60,054 nucleotides of DNA from Gemmatimonadales bacterium (GTDB lineage: Bacteria > Gemmatimonadota > Gemmatimonadetes > Gemmatimonadales > GWC2-71-9), in the NCBI GenBank assembly GCA_038209515.1, contig JBBQXQ010000006.1, positions 1 through 60,054 of the forward strand, read 5' to 3'. Position 1 is the first letter of the stretch, and each line of letters starts with the position of its first letter. This document shows positions 38,206 through 48,234 of the stretch, piece by piece. The notes beneath the pieces are model-generated. The model was not told the DNA's origin and made no database searches. It saw only the letters and a program-made list of their open reading frames with translations. The position numbers and the translations under genes are program-made.

Positions 38206-38918
38206 CCGACCCGTCCCAGAAGAATCGTGCGCGCGGAATCGGGAGCCAACGGGCCCCCATCGTAATCGCCGAAGCGATACCGCACCTCGACTCCGGCTGC
38301 TACCAGCATGGCGGACATCTGGTCGGGCTCGAAGAGGCGGACGCGCTCCCTGTAATGTCTCCCCTTTGGTGATCGAATGCTCTTGCAGACGTATCGTCCA
38401 TCGGGTGAAACCGAGCGGGAGACCTGCATTCGCGAGCCGCCCACCTCCACGATCTCTTCCGGAACCAGCCCCCGCCGGACCGACGCGGGATTGAGAAAGT
38501 CGATGACGAACCAGCCACCCGGCCGCACGGTGGAGATCATTTCTCTGAGGGCAGCTGTGTGCTCGGAATCCTGCTCGAAGTAGCCGAAGCTGGTAAACAG
38601 GTTGACCGTGAGGTCCATAGAGCGGGGACGGATGGGAAGCTGCCGCATGTCTGCCCGAACCAGCGGAGCATCGGTCACCTGCCGAGCCAGTCGCAGCAAT
38701 GTCATGGAGAGATCGAGGCCAAAACAACACGCGCCCGCGGATACGAAGCCGCGGGCATGGCGGCCGGCCCCGCACGCCACGTCCAGGACTCGCCACCCCG
38801 CCTCGAACGGCAACGTGCGGCGGATGAGTGCCACAGCTCGCTCGGCGTCGGCGTTATCCCGGTGGGGATAGAGGCGGAGGTAGTCCTCGCCGAACCATTC
38901 CTCGAACCATTCGGTCAT
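38202..38918 (-). CDS. Class I SAM-dependent methyltransferase (possible N-methyl-bacillithiol synthase)
   Basis: VLDVACGAGRH, GLDLS, ADMR, NLFTSFGYF; N-terminal WFEEWF..Y..LYPHRD; coupled to bshC. Confidence 0.88.
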   Translation of the reverse strand: MTEWFEEWFGEDYLRLYPHRDNADAERAVALIRRTLPFEAGWRVLDVACGAGRHARGFVSAGACCFGLDLSMTLLRLARQVTDAPLVRADMRQLPIRPRSMDLTVNLFTSFGYFEQDSEHTAALREMISTVRPGGWFVIDFLNPASVRRGLVPEEIVEVGGSRMQVSRSVSPDGRYVCKSIRSPKGRHYRERVRLFEPDQMSAMLVAAGVEVRYRFGDYDGGPLAPDSARTILLGRVG

Positions 38919-38929
38919 CTGAAACCGTC

Positions 38930-39017
38930 AGCGGTAAGCGGTGAGCGGGACCAGCACTGCAAAAAGGGGCGTCGTCGCGCACACCAATCCACCCGCTTAC
39001 CGCTCACCGCTCACCGC
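38930..39017. repeat. Inverted repeat built from tandem 7-mers (GCGGTRA / TYACCGC)
   Basis: AGCGGTAAGCGGTGAGCGGG (38930-38949) versus CCCGCTTACCGCTCACCGCTCACCGC (38992-39017); 18 of 20 Watson-Crick pairs. Confidence 0.8.
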
Positions 39018-39474
39018 CTTTATGGTACGGCTCTCCCCGCAGGATCGTGAACGCCCGGTAGAGCTGTTCGAGGACCACTACCCGGGCAAGCTCGTGCGGG
39101 AGGGTAAGGGGACCCAGACTCCAGCGCGAATGGGCTCGAGCGAGCAGCGATGGATCCAGGCCATTCGAGCCCCCGATCACCAGGGCTACCGGCCGGGACG
39201 CAACGAGCCAGCGGTCAACCTGCGCCGCGAGCTCCCGGGTGTTCCAGCCGGAGCCGTCTCGGGCCAGCGCAATCACCGTCGAGCCGCTGGGGATCTTCGC
39301 CTCGAGACGCCTAGCCTCGTCGGCCAGCTGGGACGCGGGAGTGGGAGCCCGGCTTGCCTCTCGGACCTCGCGCTCGTGCAGGGTGACGTACCGCTTCAGG
39401 CGGCCGGCGTAATCATCAGCGGCCTCTCGGTAGTAGGGCCTCAGCTTTCCCACCGCCGCAACCGAGATCTCCAC
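39004..39474 (-). CDS. rlmH: 23S rRNA pseudouridine-1915 N3-methyltransferase
   Basis: AVGKL, IGGSNGL, SLGPLTLPHELARVVVLEQLYRAFTILRGEPYHK. Confidence 0.96.
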   Translation of the reverse strand: MEISVAAVGKLRPYYREAADDYAGRLKRYVTLHEREVREASRAPTPASQLADEARRLEAKIPSGSTVIALARDGSGWNTRELAAQVDRWLVASRPVALVIGGSNGLDPSLLARAHSRWSLGPLTLPHELARVVVLEQLYRAFTILRGEPYHKGGER

Positions 39475-39497
39475 CCGCGCCTACTGCCCCCCTGCCT

Positions 39498-40802
39498 TCA
39501 CGCGTACATGCCCCGCAGCCGGTGTACCGCCGCTACCCGCTCGATCGCCTGCATGTATGCGCCGATTCGCATGTTGATACCATGGCGGCCTGCCATGGAC
39601 GCGACCTCGTCGAAGGACTGGACCATGATGCGCTCGAGGCGCTGGTTCACCGTGTCCTCGTCCCAGAAGTATCCGCCCCGGTCCTGCACCCACTCGAAGT
39701 AGCTCACCGTGACGCCGCCGGCATTTGCCAGAATGTCGGGAATCACGAAGACGCCGTTCTGTTCCAGGATCTTGTCCGCACCAGCCGTGGTGGGGCCGTT
39801 GGCCCCCTCGCAGATGATGCGCGCCTTGACGTCGGCCGCGTTATGGCTGGTAATGACATTCTCCAGCGCAGCAGGGACCAGGACGTCGCAATCGAGGGTG
39901 AGGAGCTGCTCGTTGGTGATCTGCTCGGCTTCGGGGTAGCCGCCCAGGAAGCGATGCTGGCGCACGTGCTGAATCACGTCTCTGATCTTGAGCCCCTTGG
40001 AATTGTAGATCCCGCCGGACTTGTCGCTCACGGCAAGGATCTTCATTCCCTGCTGTTCCATCAGCGTGGCGGAGACGGACCCGACGTTGCCGAAGCCATG
40101 GACCACCACCCGGCTGCCCTGCACCGGCATCCGGAGCCGGTTGAGCGCCTGGCGGGTGACCAGCATGCAGCCGCGGCCGGTAGCCTCCCGACGGCCGAGC
40201 GAACCGCCCATCTCCACCGGCTTCCCCGTCACCACCGCTGTGACCGTGTGCCGCTTGTGCATGGAATACGTATCCATGATCCACGCCATCACCCGCTCGT
40301 TGGTGTTCATGTCGGGCGCGGGGACGTCGGAGTCGGGGCCGAGGGTGTCGATGATGGCGGAGGTATACCGGCGGGTGACGCGCTCGAGCTCGGGGTTGGA
40401 CATGGTGCTGGGATCACAGACGACACCGCCCTTGGAGCCGCCAAAGGGAATGTTCACGACGGCGCACTTCCACGTCATCCAGGCGGCCAGCGCCTTCACC
40501 TCGTCGAGGGTCACGTTGAGATCGAAACGGATACCCCCTTTGGCCGGACCGCGGGAGGTGTTGTAGAGCACCCGATAGCCCACGTAGACCTCGGTTTCGC
40601 CGTTGTCTCGCAGGATCGGCACCGAGACGATGATCTGCTTCTCCGGGCTGCGGAGCACCTTGTAGAGTCCGGGATCCAGACTCAGCCGCTGGGCCGCGTA
40701 ATCGAAGCGCGACATCATCGCCTCGAACGGATTTTCTTCGCTGAGGAACTTGTCCTTGTCGGGACGGATGAGATCCTGGTTCGGACGGCTGACGGTGGTC
40801 AT
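39498..40802 (-). CDS. gdhA: Glu/Leu/Phe/Val dehydrogenase (glutamate dehydrogenase)
   Basis: [57 protein letters not shown]. Confidence 0.95.
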   Translation of the reverse strand: MTTVSRPNQDLIRPDKDKFLSEENPFEAMMSRFDYAAQRLSLDPGLYKVLRSPEKQIIVSVPILRDNGETEVYVGYRVLYNTSRGPAKGGIRFDLNVTLDEVKALAAWMTWKCAVVNIPFGGSKGGVVCDPSTMSNPELERVTRRYTSAIIDTLGPDSDVPAPDMNTNERVMAWIMDTYSMHKRHTVTAVVTGKPVEMGGSLGRREATGRGCMLVTRQALNRLRMPVQGSRVVVHGFGNVGSVSATLMEQQGMKILAVSDKSGGIYNSKGLKIRDVIQHVRQHRFLGGYPEAEQITNEQLLTLDCDVLVPAALENVITSHNAADVKARIICEGANGPTTAGADKILEQNGVFVIPDILANAGGVTVSYFEWVQDRGGYFWDEDTVNQRLERIMVQSFDEVASMAGRHGINMRIGAYMQAIERVAAVHRLRGMYA

Positions 40803-40830
40803 AGAAGTTCCGGTCCGCTCCGTGTGTTGG

Positions 40831-41871
40831 TTACAGTCTTTCCACCGGCGTGACGACGGCGTCTAGCGCGGCGGCGATCATCTCAGCGCCCTCTTCCCAC
40901 TCCAAATCCAGCATAGCCACGAGCGGCTCCGGGACGGTCCTAGGCCACCGGGCCCGCAACTTCACAGCGTCTTTCTGGGTAATCACCACGTGATCCGCAC
41001 GGCGGGCCGCGTGGGCCAGCCAGGCCACGTCCTCTTCCCGGTAGTCGTGATGGTCCTTCCAGGTGGCGACCTGGACCGCGGCGCCCGTGGCCTTGGTCTG
41101 CGCAACGAAGGCGTCCGGATCGGCGATCCCGGATGCGGCTACGACTCGCTTCCCCGCCAGGCTTGACGCTGGATGCCGTCGCCCGCTCACCATTCCCTCG
41201 AGATAGCGGAGCCCTAAATGTGCGATGGCCACCGGCCCGCTGACTTTGTTCTGAAGCTTGGCGGCAAGCGCCAGGGCCGCCTCGGCCGTGGCTCGCTTCC
41301 GGGTGACGATCACGGCATCCGCCCGGTCCAGCGCGCCCCACCCTTCGCGCCAAGGTCCGGCAGGGAGCGACCAGCGCACGGCCCGGGTAGTCTCGGCGCT
41401 GATCACCGCGATGTTGAGGTCGCGCCGGACGTCGAGCCGTTGGTAGGCATCGTCGAGAACCAAAACCTGCGCCCCACGGGCGAGCGCCCGGTCGGCTCCG
41501 ACAACCCGATCCGGATCGGCCACCACGACGGCTTCCGGCACTGCATGCTGGTGAACCTGGGTTTCGTCGTTCCCATAGCCGCGAAGCAGAATCCCCGGCA
41601 CCAGCCCGTGAGACACATAGTAATGCGCGATCCAGATGGCTATCGGGGTCTTTCCCGACCCGCCCACCGTAAGGTTGCCCACGGCCACCGACGGGAGTGG
41701 CAGGTCCCTTACCCCGATCCACCCGTGCCGGTAGGCCGCCTCTCGGAAGGCCATGGCCCCACGCCAGAGTCCCGAGGCCGGCAAGAGGGCCAACCGGGCC
41801 AGCCGCGCGTCCGGCCGGCGGCTGGTCCAGAGCCAGCGTACTACCCGATGGCTATCGCCCCGTCGACCCAT
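40831..41871 (-). CDS. lpxK: Tetraacyldisaccharide 4'-kinase
   Basis: [51 protein letters not shown]. Confidence 0.93.
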   Translation of the reverse strand: MGRRGDSHRVVRWLWTSRRPDARLARLALLPASGLWRGAMAFREAAYRHGWIGVRDLPLPSVAVGNLTVGGSGKTPIAIWIAHYYVSHGLVPGILLRGYGNDETQVHQHAVPEAVVVADPDRVVGADRALARGAQVLVLDDAYQRLDVRRDLNIAVISAETTRAVRWSLPAGPWREGWGALDRADAVIVTRKRATAEAALALAAKLQNKVSGPVAIAHLGLRYLEGMVSGRRHPASSLAGKRVVAASGIADPDAFVAQTKATGAAVQVATWKDHHDYREEDVAWLAHAARRADHVVITQKDAVKLRARWPRTVPEPLVAMLDLEWEEGAEMIAAALDAVVTPVERL

Positions 41872-42497
41872 GGATCCTTTCTGGAGACCTCATCGAGACG
41901 GAGCGCGGCCTGCTCCAGCCCCTCGGCAAAGCCAGCCTCACCGGTGGCGACCCCGAAGGGACGACCGTAGGTAATCAGCACCCTGGCGAGGGGTTGCGGA
42001 ATCATGAACCGGTCCCAGGAATGTAATCGCCAGGCCCGGTCCGCCTCCGCGTGGATCGGCACAATGACTCCACCACCCCGTTGGGCAGCCGCGATGACTC
42101 CGGGCTTGAGTTCGCGACGTGGCCCTCGGGGACCGTCCGGGGTAAACGCAATTGAGCGCCCGGCCTGTAACTCCCGCACAGCGCCGAGGAGGGCGCGGGC
42201 GCCGCCCCGGGTACTCGATCCCCGGACAGCGCAATACCCCAGTGACGCGGCGAGGTCGGAGAGGTACTGCCCGTCCCGCGCCTCACTGACCACGATAGCA
42301 ACGCCTTGCCTCCGGTGCTGCCACAAGAGGGGCAACAGGACCTCATGCCAGAGCAGAAACACTACTGGCTGCCCCTGATCATGAAGCGCCCGCCAGCGCT
42401 CCTCGTGCACCAGCCGTATGCGCCAGGACGCGGCGAGCACGCGCACGACGGAGCTGATGACCGGCCGAGCCGCGAAGGGAGACAGCTTCAGCCTCAC
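41841..42497 (-). CDS. DUF374 lysophospholipid acyltransferase-family protein (LpxJ-like)
   Basis: WH, VSEARDGQ, VRGSSTRGG, FTPDGPRGP, SWDRFMIP.P; GTGA overlap with lpxB stop. Confidence 0.87.
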   Translation of the reverse strand: MRLKLSPFAARPVISSVVRVLAASWRIRLVHEERWRALHDQGQPVVFLLWHEVLLPLLWQHRRQGVAIVVSEARDGQYLSDLAASLGYCAVRGSSTRGGARALLGAVRELQAGRSIAFTPDGPRGPRRELKPGVIAAAQRGGGVIVPIHAEADRAWRLHSWDRFMIPQPLARVLITYGRPFGVATGEAGFAEGLEQAALRLDEVSRKDPWVDGAIAIG

Positions 42498-43618
42498 GGA
42501 TCCAGCAGCTCTCCGGCCAAATCGACGACCCGGTTTGCCGCCCCTGCTTGGCCCAGGCGCTCTCGAACCAGGGCCAGGCCTTCCCGCTGCGCCTGTGTTC
42601 GAGGATCGGTCTGGTCCAGGAGCGGTCGAAGTGCGGCCGCAAGCTCCGGGGCCACGGCATGTTCCTGCAGCATCTCCGGCACGATTTCCCTGCCGGCCAC
42701 GAGGTTGACCAGGCTCACCCACTTGACGGTGCGCACCCGCTGGAAGACGGCCCAACTGAGCGGGTGGACCTTGTAGGCCACCACCATGGGAGTGCCGGCC
42801 AGCGCCGCCTCGAGCGTAGTCGTTCCCGACTTGGCCAGTGCGGCGTCGGCTGCCGCGAACAGGGCCACCGGATTGCCCCGCACGATCTCAATGGGCCCTG
42901 GATCGGGGTAGACGCCCGTCTCGGTGCCGGCCATGAGGATGCGATCGCACCTCCCCTCCCCGAGCAACTGGAGCGCCGCGTCGCGAAACGGCTGCCACAA
43001 TCGCCGGATCTCCTGGGCCCGGCTCCCGGGAAAGATGCCGAGCACGCGGCTGCCGTTGGCGATACCGAGCTGTGTCCGTGCCTGCGCTCGTGTCGGCCAC
43101 GTCTTCCCGTCCACCAGCGGGTGACCGACGTACTCGCTGCGGAGGCCGAGCTCACCGAAGAACGTCTGTTCGAACGGGAGCACTACCGCCAGACGGTCTA
43201 CCGCGGCTGCAAGCCGGCGAGCCCGGCCCGGGCGCCAGGCCCAGAGCTGTGGGGCGATGTAATAGAGGACCTTGGTGCCGGTTGCGTGTGCAGCCTCTGC
43301 CACCCGGAGGTGAAACCCGGGATAGTCCACCAGGATAACCAGATCGTAGCGCCCGCTTCGGAAATCCTCGCGCAAGGCTCGGAGCAGCCGGTAGTGGGCC
43401 CGGATCTTGGTCACTACCTCGACCACCCCGAACGCGGCCAGTCCTTCCATGCGGTACCTGAGCAGCGCCCCGGCCTGCTCCATTCGCGGGCCACCCAGTG
43501 CCTCAATTGAGGCGCCCGGATAGCGATCCCGCAGAGCCCCGACAACCGGGGCGGCGTGGAGATCGCCTGATGGCTCGCCGGCGGAGATGAAGATGCGAGG
43601 GGTGCCCCGCTCGATCAT
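42494..43618 (-). CDS. lpxB: Lipid-A-disaccharide synthase
   Basis: AGEPSGD, VDYPGFHL, YIAPQLWAWR, LPFE, VGHPL, PGSRAQE, SGTTTLE. Confidence 0.96.
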   Translation of the reverse strand: MIERGTPRIFISAGEPSGDLHAAPVVGALRDRYPGASIEALGGPRMEQAGALLRYRMEGLAAFGVVEVVTKIRAHYRLLRALREDFRSGRYDLVILVDYPGFHLRVAEAAHATGTKVLYYIAPQLWAWRPGRARRLAAAVDRLAVVLPFEQTFFGELGLRSEYVGHPLVDGKTWPTRAQARTQLGIANGSRVLGIFPGSRAQEIRRLWQPFRDAALQLLGEGRCDRILMAGTETGVYPDPGPIEIVRGNPVALFAAADAALAKSGTTTLEAALAGTPMVVAYKVHPLSWAVFQRVRTVKWVSLVNLVAGREIVPEMLQEHAVAPELAAALRPLLDQTDPRTQAQREGLALVRERLGQAGAANRVVDLAGELLDP

Positions 43619-44592
43619 GAGAGCGCGGAGACGGCGAGCGGCGGGGTTCGAACGGCATCAGCTACCCGAAGCGCCAGCTCCAGGGCCGCGCGGCCTTCCT
43701 CCCCGCTGACGACGACTTCACGTTGTCCCCGGACGGCGTGCACGAAGCTCTGGAGCTCCAGGGCCAGCGCATCCGCCTCGGGGGCCTCGAGCGCGATCCG
43801 TTCGACCACGTCGGCCAGTTCTCGCCCGGTGCCCGGCTGCCAGCCGCTGCGCACCCGCATGAACTCTCCTCCGCCGCTCGCGAGGTCGAGCGAGAAGTAC
43901 CCGTTGGGCTGGAAGAGCCGGAGCCGGCGGACCCGCTCGCGTGCGACCCGCGAGGCGGTAGCAAGCGCGACAGCACCGTTGGCGAACTCGACCCTGGCGT
44001 TGGCGAGGTCGAGATGAGATGAAATGACGGGCAGGCCGGAGGCGCGCACTTCGGTGGCGGTACTGCCGGTGAGATGAAGCACCAGATCGAGATCGTGGAT
44101 CATGAGATCGAGCACCACGGCGACATCGGTGCCGCGGGGCTGAAAGGGAGCGAGCCGGAGGCTCTCGATGTACCGCGGGCCGTCGAGGAACGGTTCTGCC
44201 GCCCGGAGCGCCCGATTATACCGCTCGATGTGCCCCACCTGGAACTGCACCTGTCGCCGCCTGGCGGAGGCGATCAGACGGTCCGCCTCGGCCAGCGTCA
44301 CGGCAAGCGGCTTCTCCATAAGCACGGGGACGCCGAGGTCGAGCGCGCGAGTGCCCACCTCCGCGTGCGCCGGGGTTGGCACCGCAACCGTGACTGCCTC
44401 CACCCGGCGCAGCAGATCGTCCATGTCGGTGAAGGCAGCGGTAGCGAGCCCACTCGCGACCTGAGTCGCCCGGGCCCGATCGGCATCGTACACCCCCACC
44501 AGGCGTACCTCGTCGAGGCACGCCAAGTGGCGGGCGTGGTGCTGTCCCAGCGCGCCGACCCCGATGACGCCGACGGGCAGCCGCGGGCTCAC
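43615..44592 (-). CDS. Gfo/Idh/MocA oxidoreductase (GnnA-like)
   Basis: GVGALG, EKP, GHIERYN, DVAVVLDLMIHDLD; located between lpxA and lpxB. Confidence 0.88.
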   Translation of the reverse strand: MSPRLPVGVIGVGALGQHHARHLACLDEVRLVGVYDADRARATQVASGLATAAFTDMDDLLRRVEAVTVAVPTPAHAEVGTRALDLGVPVLMEKPLAVTLAEADRLIASARRRQVQFQVGHIERYNRALRAAEPFLDGPRYIESLRLAPFQPRGTDVAVVLDLMIHDLDLVLHLTGSTATEVRASGLPVISSHLDLANARVEFANGAVALATASRVARERVRRLRLFQPNGYFSLDLASGGGEFMRVRSGWQPGTGRELADVVERIALEAPEADALALELQSFVHAVRGQREVVVSGEEGRAALELALRVADAVRTPPLAVSALS

Positions 44593-45365
44593 GCGGGCAC
44601 GCCTCGCTCGCTCGATTCGACAAAGGCCAGGAAACGCTCGACCTCAGGGAGCGGCGGTAGATCCGCGCGCGCGCGCTCCAGCGCCTGCGACAGATTGAGA
44701 TCGGAGTTGAAGAAGAGCCGGTATGCCCGCTTGAGCGCGGCGATCGTTTCTCCGGGAAAACCAGCTCGTTGGAGCCCGATCGAGTTGAGTCCGTACAGCT
44801 CCATCGGATTTCCTACCGCTTTGACGTACGGTGGAATATCCTGATTCACCCGTGACCCGCCACCGACGAATGCGTACGTTCCGATGGTGACGAACTGATG
44901 GACCGCGTTGAGTCCACTGAGGATGGCCCGATCGTGGATGGTGACGTGGCCAGCGCACTGGGTGGCGTTCGCGATCACCACGTCGTCTCCTACACGACAG
45001 TCGTGCGCGAGGTGCACATACGTCATGATGAAGCAACGAGCGCCGACCGCGGTCTTGTAGGTTGCCGCAGTGGCGCGATTGATCGTGGAATACTCGCGGA
45101 TGATGGTGCCGGGCCCGATCTCGACCCAGGTTTCTTCGCCGTCGTACTTGAGGTCCTGCGGGTCGCCACCCAGGATCGATCCATCACCGACGGATACGCC
45201 CTCCGCCAGCCGCACGTTCTGCTGCAGGGTGGCACGCGGGCCGATGCGGCACCGGTCGCCGACGGTGACCTGCGGTCCCACAATCGCGTAGGGCCCGATT
45301 CTCACTCCCACGCCGATCTCGGCCAGGGGATCCACCATCGCGGTGGGGTGAATCACCGTGCTCAC
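44589..45365 (-). CDS. lpxA: UDP-N-acetylglucosamine acyltransferase
   Basis: Hexapeptide repeats, PQDLKY, IREYSTINR, HLAHDC, AGHV, VHQF, QDIPPY. Confidence 0.97.
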   Translation of the reverse strand: MSTVIHPTAMVDPLAEIGVGVRIGPYAIVGPQVTVGDRCRIGPRATLQQNVRLAEGVSVGDGSILGGDPQDLKYDGEETWVEIGPGTIIREYSTINRATAATYKTAVGARCFIMTYVHLAHDCRVGDDVVIANATQCAGHVTIHDRAILSGLNAVHQFVTIGTYAFVGGGSRVNQDIPPYVKAVGNPMELYGLNSIGLQRAGFPGETIAALKRAYRLFFNSDLNLSQALERARADLPPLPEVERFLAFVESSERGVPA

Positions 45366-46633
45366 CTATCCACCACGCGCGCCATCATCTCCGCTTCCGC
45401 CACCACCTGGCCATCCACGTAGGCCATACCCTTCATCCGGCAGGTCCTGCCGCGGTTCTGCACCATTTCCAGCTCGCAGCGGAGTTGGTCTCCCGGAAGT
45501 ACTGGCCGGCGGAATTTCACGTTGTCGAGCGACATGAAGTAGACCACCTTCTGGTCGGGATCCTCGATGGTGCCGAGGAGCAGCATGCCGCCCACCTGAG
45601 CCATCGCCTCGATGATCAGCACGCCCGGCATGATCGGATGACCGGGGAAATGCCCCTGGAAGAAGGGCTCATTGATCGTCACGTTTTTGATCCCGACAAT
45701 CCGCCTGGTCCCCTCGACCTCGATGATCCGGTCTACCAGCAGGAACGGGTAACGGTGGGGGATGACGTCCAGGATCCGGCCGATGTCCATCACGGCGCCT
45801 CCGTGGCGGTGTCCGGTACGAGTAAGCCAGCGGGCCAACGCAATATTACCCTGGTGGCTCGGCTTGGTGGCGACGATGTGGGCCTGGACGCGGCCACCGA
45901 TCAAGGCCAGGTCACCCAGGATGTCCCCTGCCTTGTGGCGCACGAACTCGTCGGGCCAGCGAAGCGTGCCACCGACGAGCCCATCCTCAGAGAGGATGAG
46001 AGTGGATTCCACGGCTGCGCCCAGCGCCAGGCCACGGGCCCGAAGCGCGTCGGCCTCGCGCAGAAACCCGAAGGTGCGCGCCGCGGCCAGCTCACGGGCG
46101 AATCCCTCCGGGGTGATGTCGTAGGAGCCGGTCTGTCGGCCGATGAGAGGGTGATCCCACTCGATCGTCGTCGTCAGCCGGAGTGACTTGGCCGGGGCGA
46201 CGACGTAGGAGGAATCGCCTTCCGTCAATTCTGACGCGGCCGTCACTCGGTAGGTGACCGGCTCACCGGGCTGCTCCTTGATGCCGGCCTGCTCGAGCGC
46301 CGCCAGATAGGGAGCGAAGGACCCGTCCCCGATCGGTGGCTCGGGGCCGTCAAGATCGATGGTGAGATCGTCGAGCTGAAGAGCGGCCGCCACGGCGAGC
46401 ACATGCTCGACCGTCTGCACCCCGGTTTCCCCCTGTCCCAGCGCCGTCCGACGCTCGGTGGACTGCACCTCACCCAGCCGGGCCGGAATGACCGGAGTAC
46501 CGGGTAGGTCGGTCCTTCGGAAGACGATCCCCTGACCGGCCGGAGCCGCCTGGCACACCGCCGATACGAAGGTGCCGCTGTGCAGTCCGATCCCGCTTAC
46601 ACAGGCACTCTGGGCCAGCGTCCGCCTAGCCAT
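45362..46633 (-). CDS. lpxC: Bifunctional LpxC deacetylase / FabZ dehydratase fusion
   Basis: [34 protein letters not shown] then [32 protein letters not shown]. Confidence 0.96.
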   Translation of the reverse strand: MARRTLAQSACVSGIGLHSGTFVSAVCQAAPAGQGIVFRRTDLPGTPVIPARLGEVQSTERRTALGQGETGVQTVEHVLAVAAALQLDDLTIDLDGPEPPIGDGSFAPYLAALEQAGIKEQPGEPVTYRVTAASELTEGDSSYVVAPAKSLRLTTTIEWDHPLIGRQTGSYDITPEGFARELAAARTFGFLREADALRARGLALGAAVESTLILSEDGLVGGTLRWPDEFVRHKAGDILGDLALIGGRVQAHIVATKPSHQGNIALARWLTRTGHRHGGAVMDIGRILDVIPHRYPFLLVDRIIEVEGTRRIVGIKNVTINEPFFQGHFPGHPIMPGVLIIEAMAQVGGMLLLGTIEDPDQKVVYFMSLDNVKFRRPVLPGDQLRCELEMVQNRGRTCRMKGMAYVDGQVVAEAEMMARVVDR

Positions 46634-47660
46634 GGCGGACCCGCTCCGGCACCAGCCGCTCCAACTCGTCGACGATGGGTGTCAGCCGGTACATGGCGGC
46701 CTGAGCCCGGAGAAATTGGCGGTGAGCCCGCGCGGGATTGCCGCTGAACACCGCGCCGGGCGGCACGTCGCCGAAGATGGCGCTCTTGGCCCCGATGCGC
46801 GCACGATCACCAATGACCAGGTGGTCGGTGACTCCCACGTGCCCGGCGAGGATCACATCGTTTCCAATCCGAGTACTTCCGGCGATACCGACGCCCGCCA
46901 TGATCAGGCAGCGCTCCCCGATATGCACGTTGTGTCCCACATGCACCAGGTTGTCGAGCTTGGTTCCCCGGCCCACCACCGTATCGTCGATGCTGCCGCG
47001 GTCGATGCAGGTATGGGAGCCCACCTCCACCTCATCCCCGAGGATACACGCGCCCACATGAGGTATCCGGTGATGCCCGGTCGGGTCCGACAGGTAACCG
47101 AAGCCCTCGCCGCCGATGACGGCGCCCGCCTTCAACACCACCTTGCTGCCGATCCGGCTGCCCCGGTAACACACCGCGCCGGGGCCGATGATTGTGTCAT
47201 TACCGATTGCGACGCCATCGTCGAGCGTGACGTGCTGTGCCAGCCGGGAACGCGCCCCGACCCGTACGTTCCGGCCCAGGACCACAAACGGTCCGATCGA
47301 GACGTCGGCTCCCAGCTCGGTTCCGGAACCGATGCGAGCAGTTGGGTCGATGCCGGCCGCCGGAGGCTCCTCGGGAAACAGCGCCTGCACGACCCGAACG
47401 AGCGCTCCGTATGGATCGGGGACCACGATTCGCGCCCGCGCGCCCGAGTCGCCGGTCGAGAGCTCCTCCGGCACCAGTACCGCACCAGCCCTGGAGGAAC
47501 CGAGGTCCGCCGCATAGCGGGCCGACACGGCAAAGGAAAGCGCGTCAGGACCGGCCTTGTTCAACGGACCGACGGTGTGGATGCGCACCGCTCCATCGCC
47601 AAGCAGGCGGCCACCGACGAGGTCGGCGACCGCCTGCGCGGTGAGACTGCCAGTCGACAC
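46626..47660 (-). CDS. lpxD: UDP-3-O-acylglucosamine N-acyltransferase
   Basis: Hexapeptide repeats, GGEGFGY, CIDRG, KLDNLVHVGHNV, GIAGS. Confidence 0.96.
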   Translation of the reverse strand: MSTGSLTAQAVADLVGGRLLGDGAVRIHTVGPLNKAGPDALSFAVSARYAADLGSSRAGAVLVPEELSTGDSGARARIVVPDPYGALVRVVQALFPEEPPAAGIDPTARIGSGTELGADVSIGPFVVLGRNVRVGARSRLAQHVTLDDGVAIGNDTIIGPGAVCYRGSRIGSKVVLKAGAVIGGEGFGYLSDPTGHHRIPHVGACILGDEVEVGSHTCIDRGSIDDTVVGRGTKLDNLVHVGHNVHIGERCLIMAGVGIAGSTRIGNDVILAGHVGVTDHLVIGDRARIGAKSAIFGDVPPGAVFSGNPARAHRQFLRAQAAMYRLTPIVDELERLVPERVRHG

Positions 47661-47664
47661 GCGA

Positions 47665-48204
47665 CTAGCTGCCCGCTTTAAGCTGCTGGATGATGCGCTG
47701 AGTCAGATCCAGCGACTTATCGGCGGTGACGATCCCGTTGTTCGGCGCGCTCACGTCGAAAATCACGGCGTAATTGCCCGCCGCCCGCACACCCTCGATG
47801 ACACTGTTTACCTTCGTCTGGATCGGATCGAGAAGCTCCCGTTCCCGGGTGGCAGCCTTCGTCTGCAGCTCCTGCGTCCGCTGTTCCAGTTTCTGCTGCT
47901 GCGCCTGGAGGTCCTTCCGTTTGGCGGCCCGTTGGCTGGGACTCAGCATGACCGACTGCTGATCGAAGTCCGACGCCGCCGAGTCAAGGGTTGCCTGAAG
48001 CTTCTGCACCTCGACCCGGTAGCCCTCGAGTTCCTTCGTGAAGGTCGACTCGGCCTTGGTGTATCCGGGCGTCTGTTTGAGGATCGCTTGGGTGTTGACG
48101 TACGCGATCTTGGCACTTCCACTCTGCTGGGCGGCGAGCGGCCCGGCTCCCACCAATGAGAATGTGGCCAATCCCAGCCAGACTCCGACGACGGCAAGCT
48201 TCAT
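47665..48204 (-). CDS. skp: Periplasmic chaperone Skp/OmpH
   Basis: Signal peptide, KIAYVN, long coiled coil, VIFD...DLTQRII; between bamA and lpxD. Confidence 0.92.
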   Translation of the reverse strand: MKLAVVGVWLGLATFSLVGAGPLAAQQSGSAKIAYVNTQAILKQTPGYTKAESTFTKELEGYRVEVQKLQATLDSAASDFDQQSVMLSPSQRAAKRKDLQAQQQKLEQRTQELQTKAATRERELLDPIQTKVNSVIEGVRAAGNYAVIFDVSAPNNGIVTADKSLDLTQRIIQQLKAGS

Positions 48205-48234
48205 GCTTCACTCCCGATAAAAGGTGCGTGCTGA

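Noticed and set aside
38930-39017. CRISPR array
   Set aside because: Units are 7 bp with no unique spacers, and there are no cas genes
45362-46633. LpxC-FabZ fusion as a novelty
   Set aside because: It is a known arrangement in Bacteroidota and related phyla; useful only as a taxonomic clue
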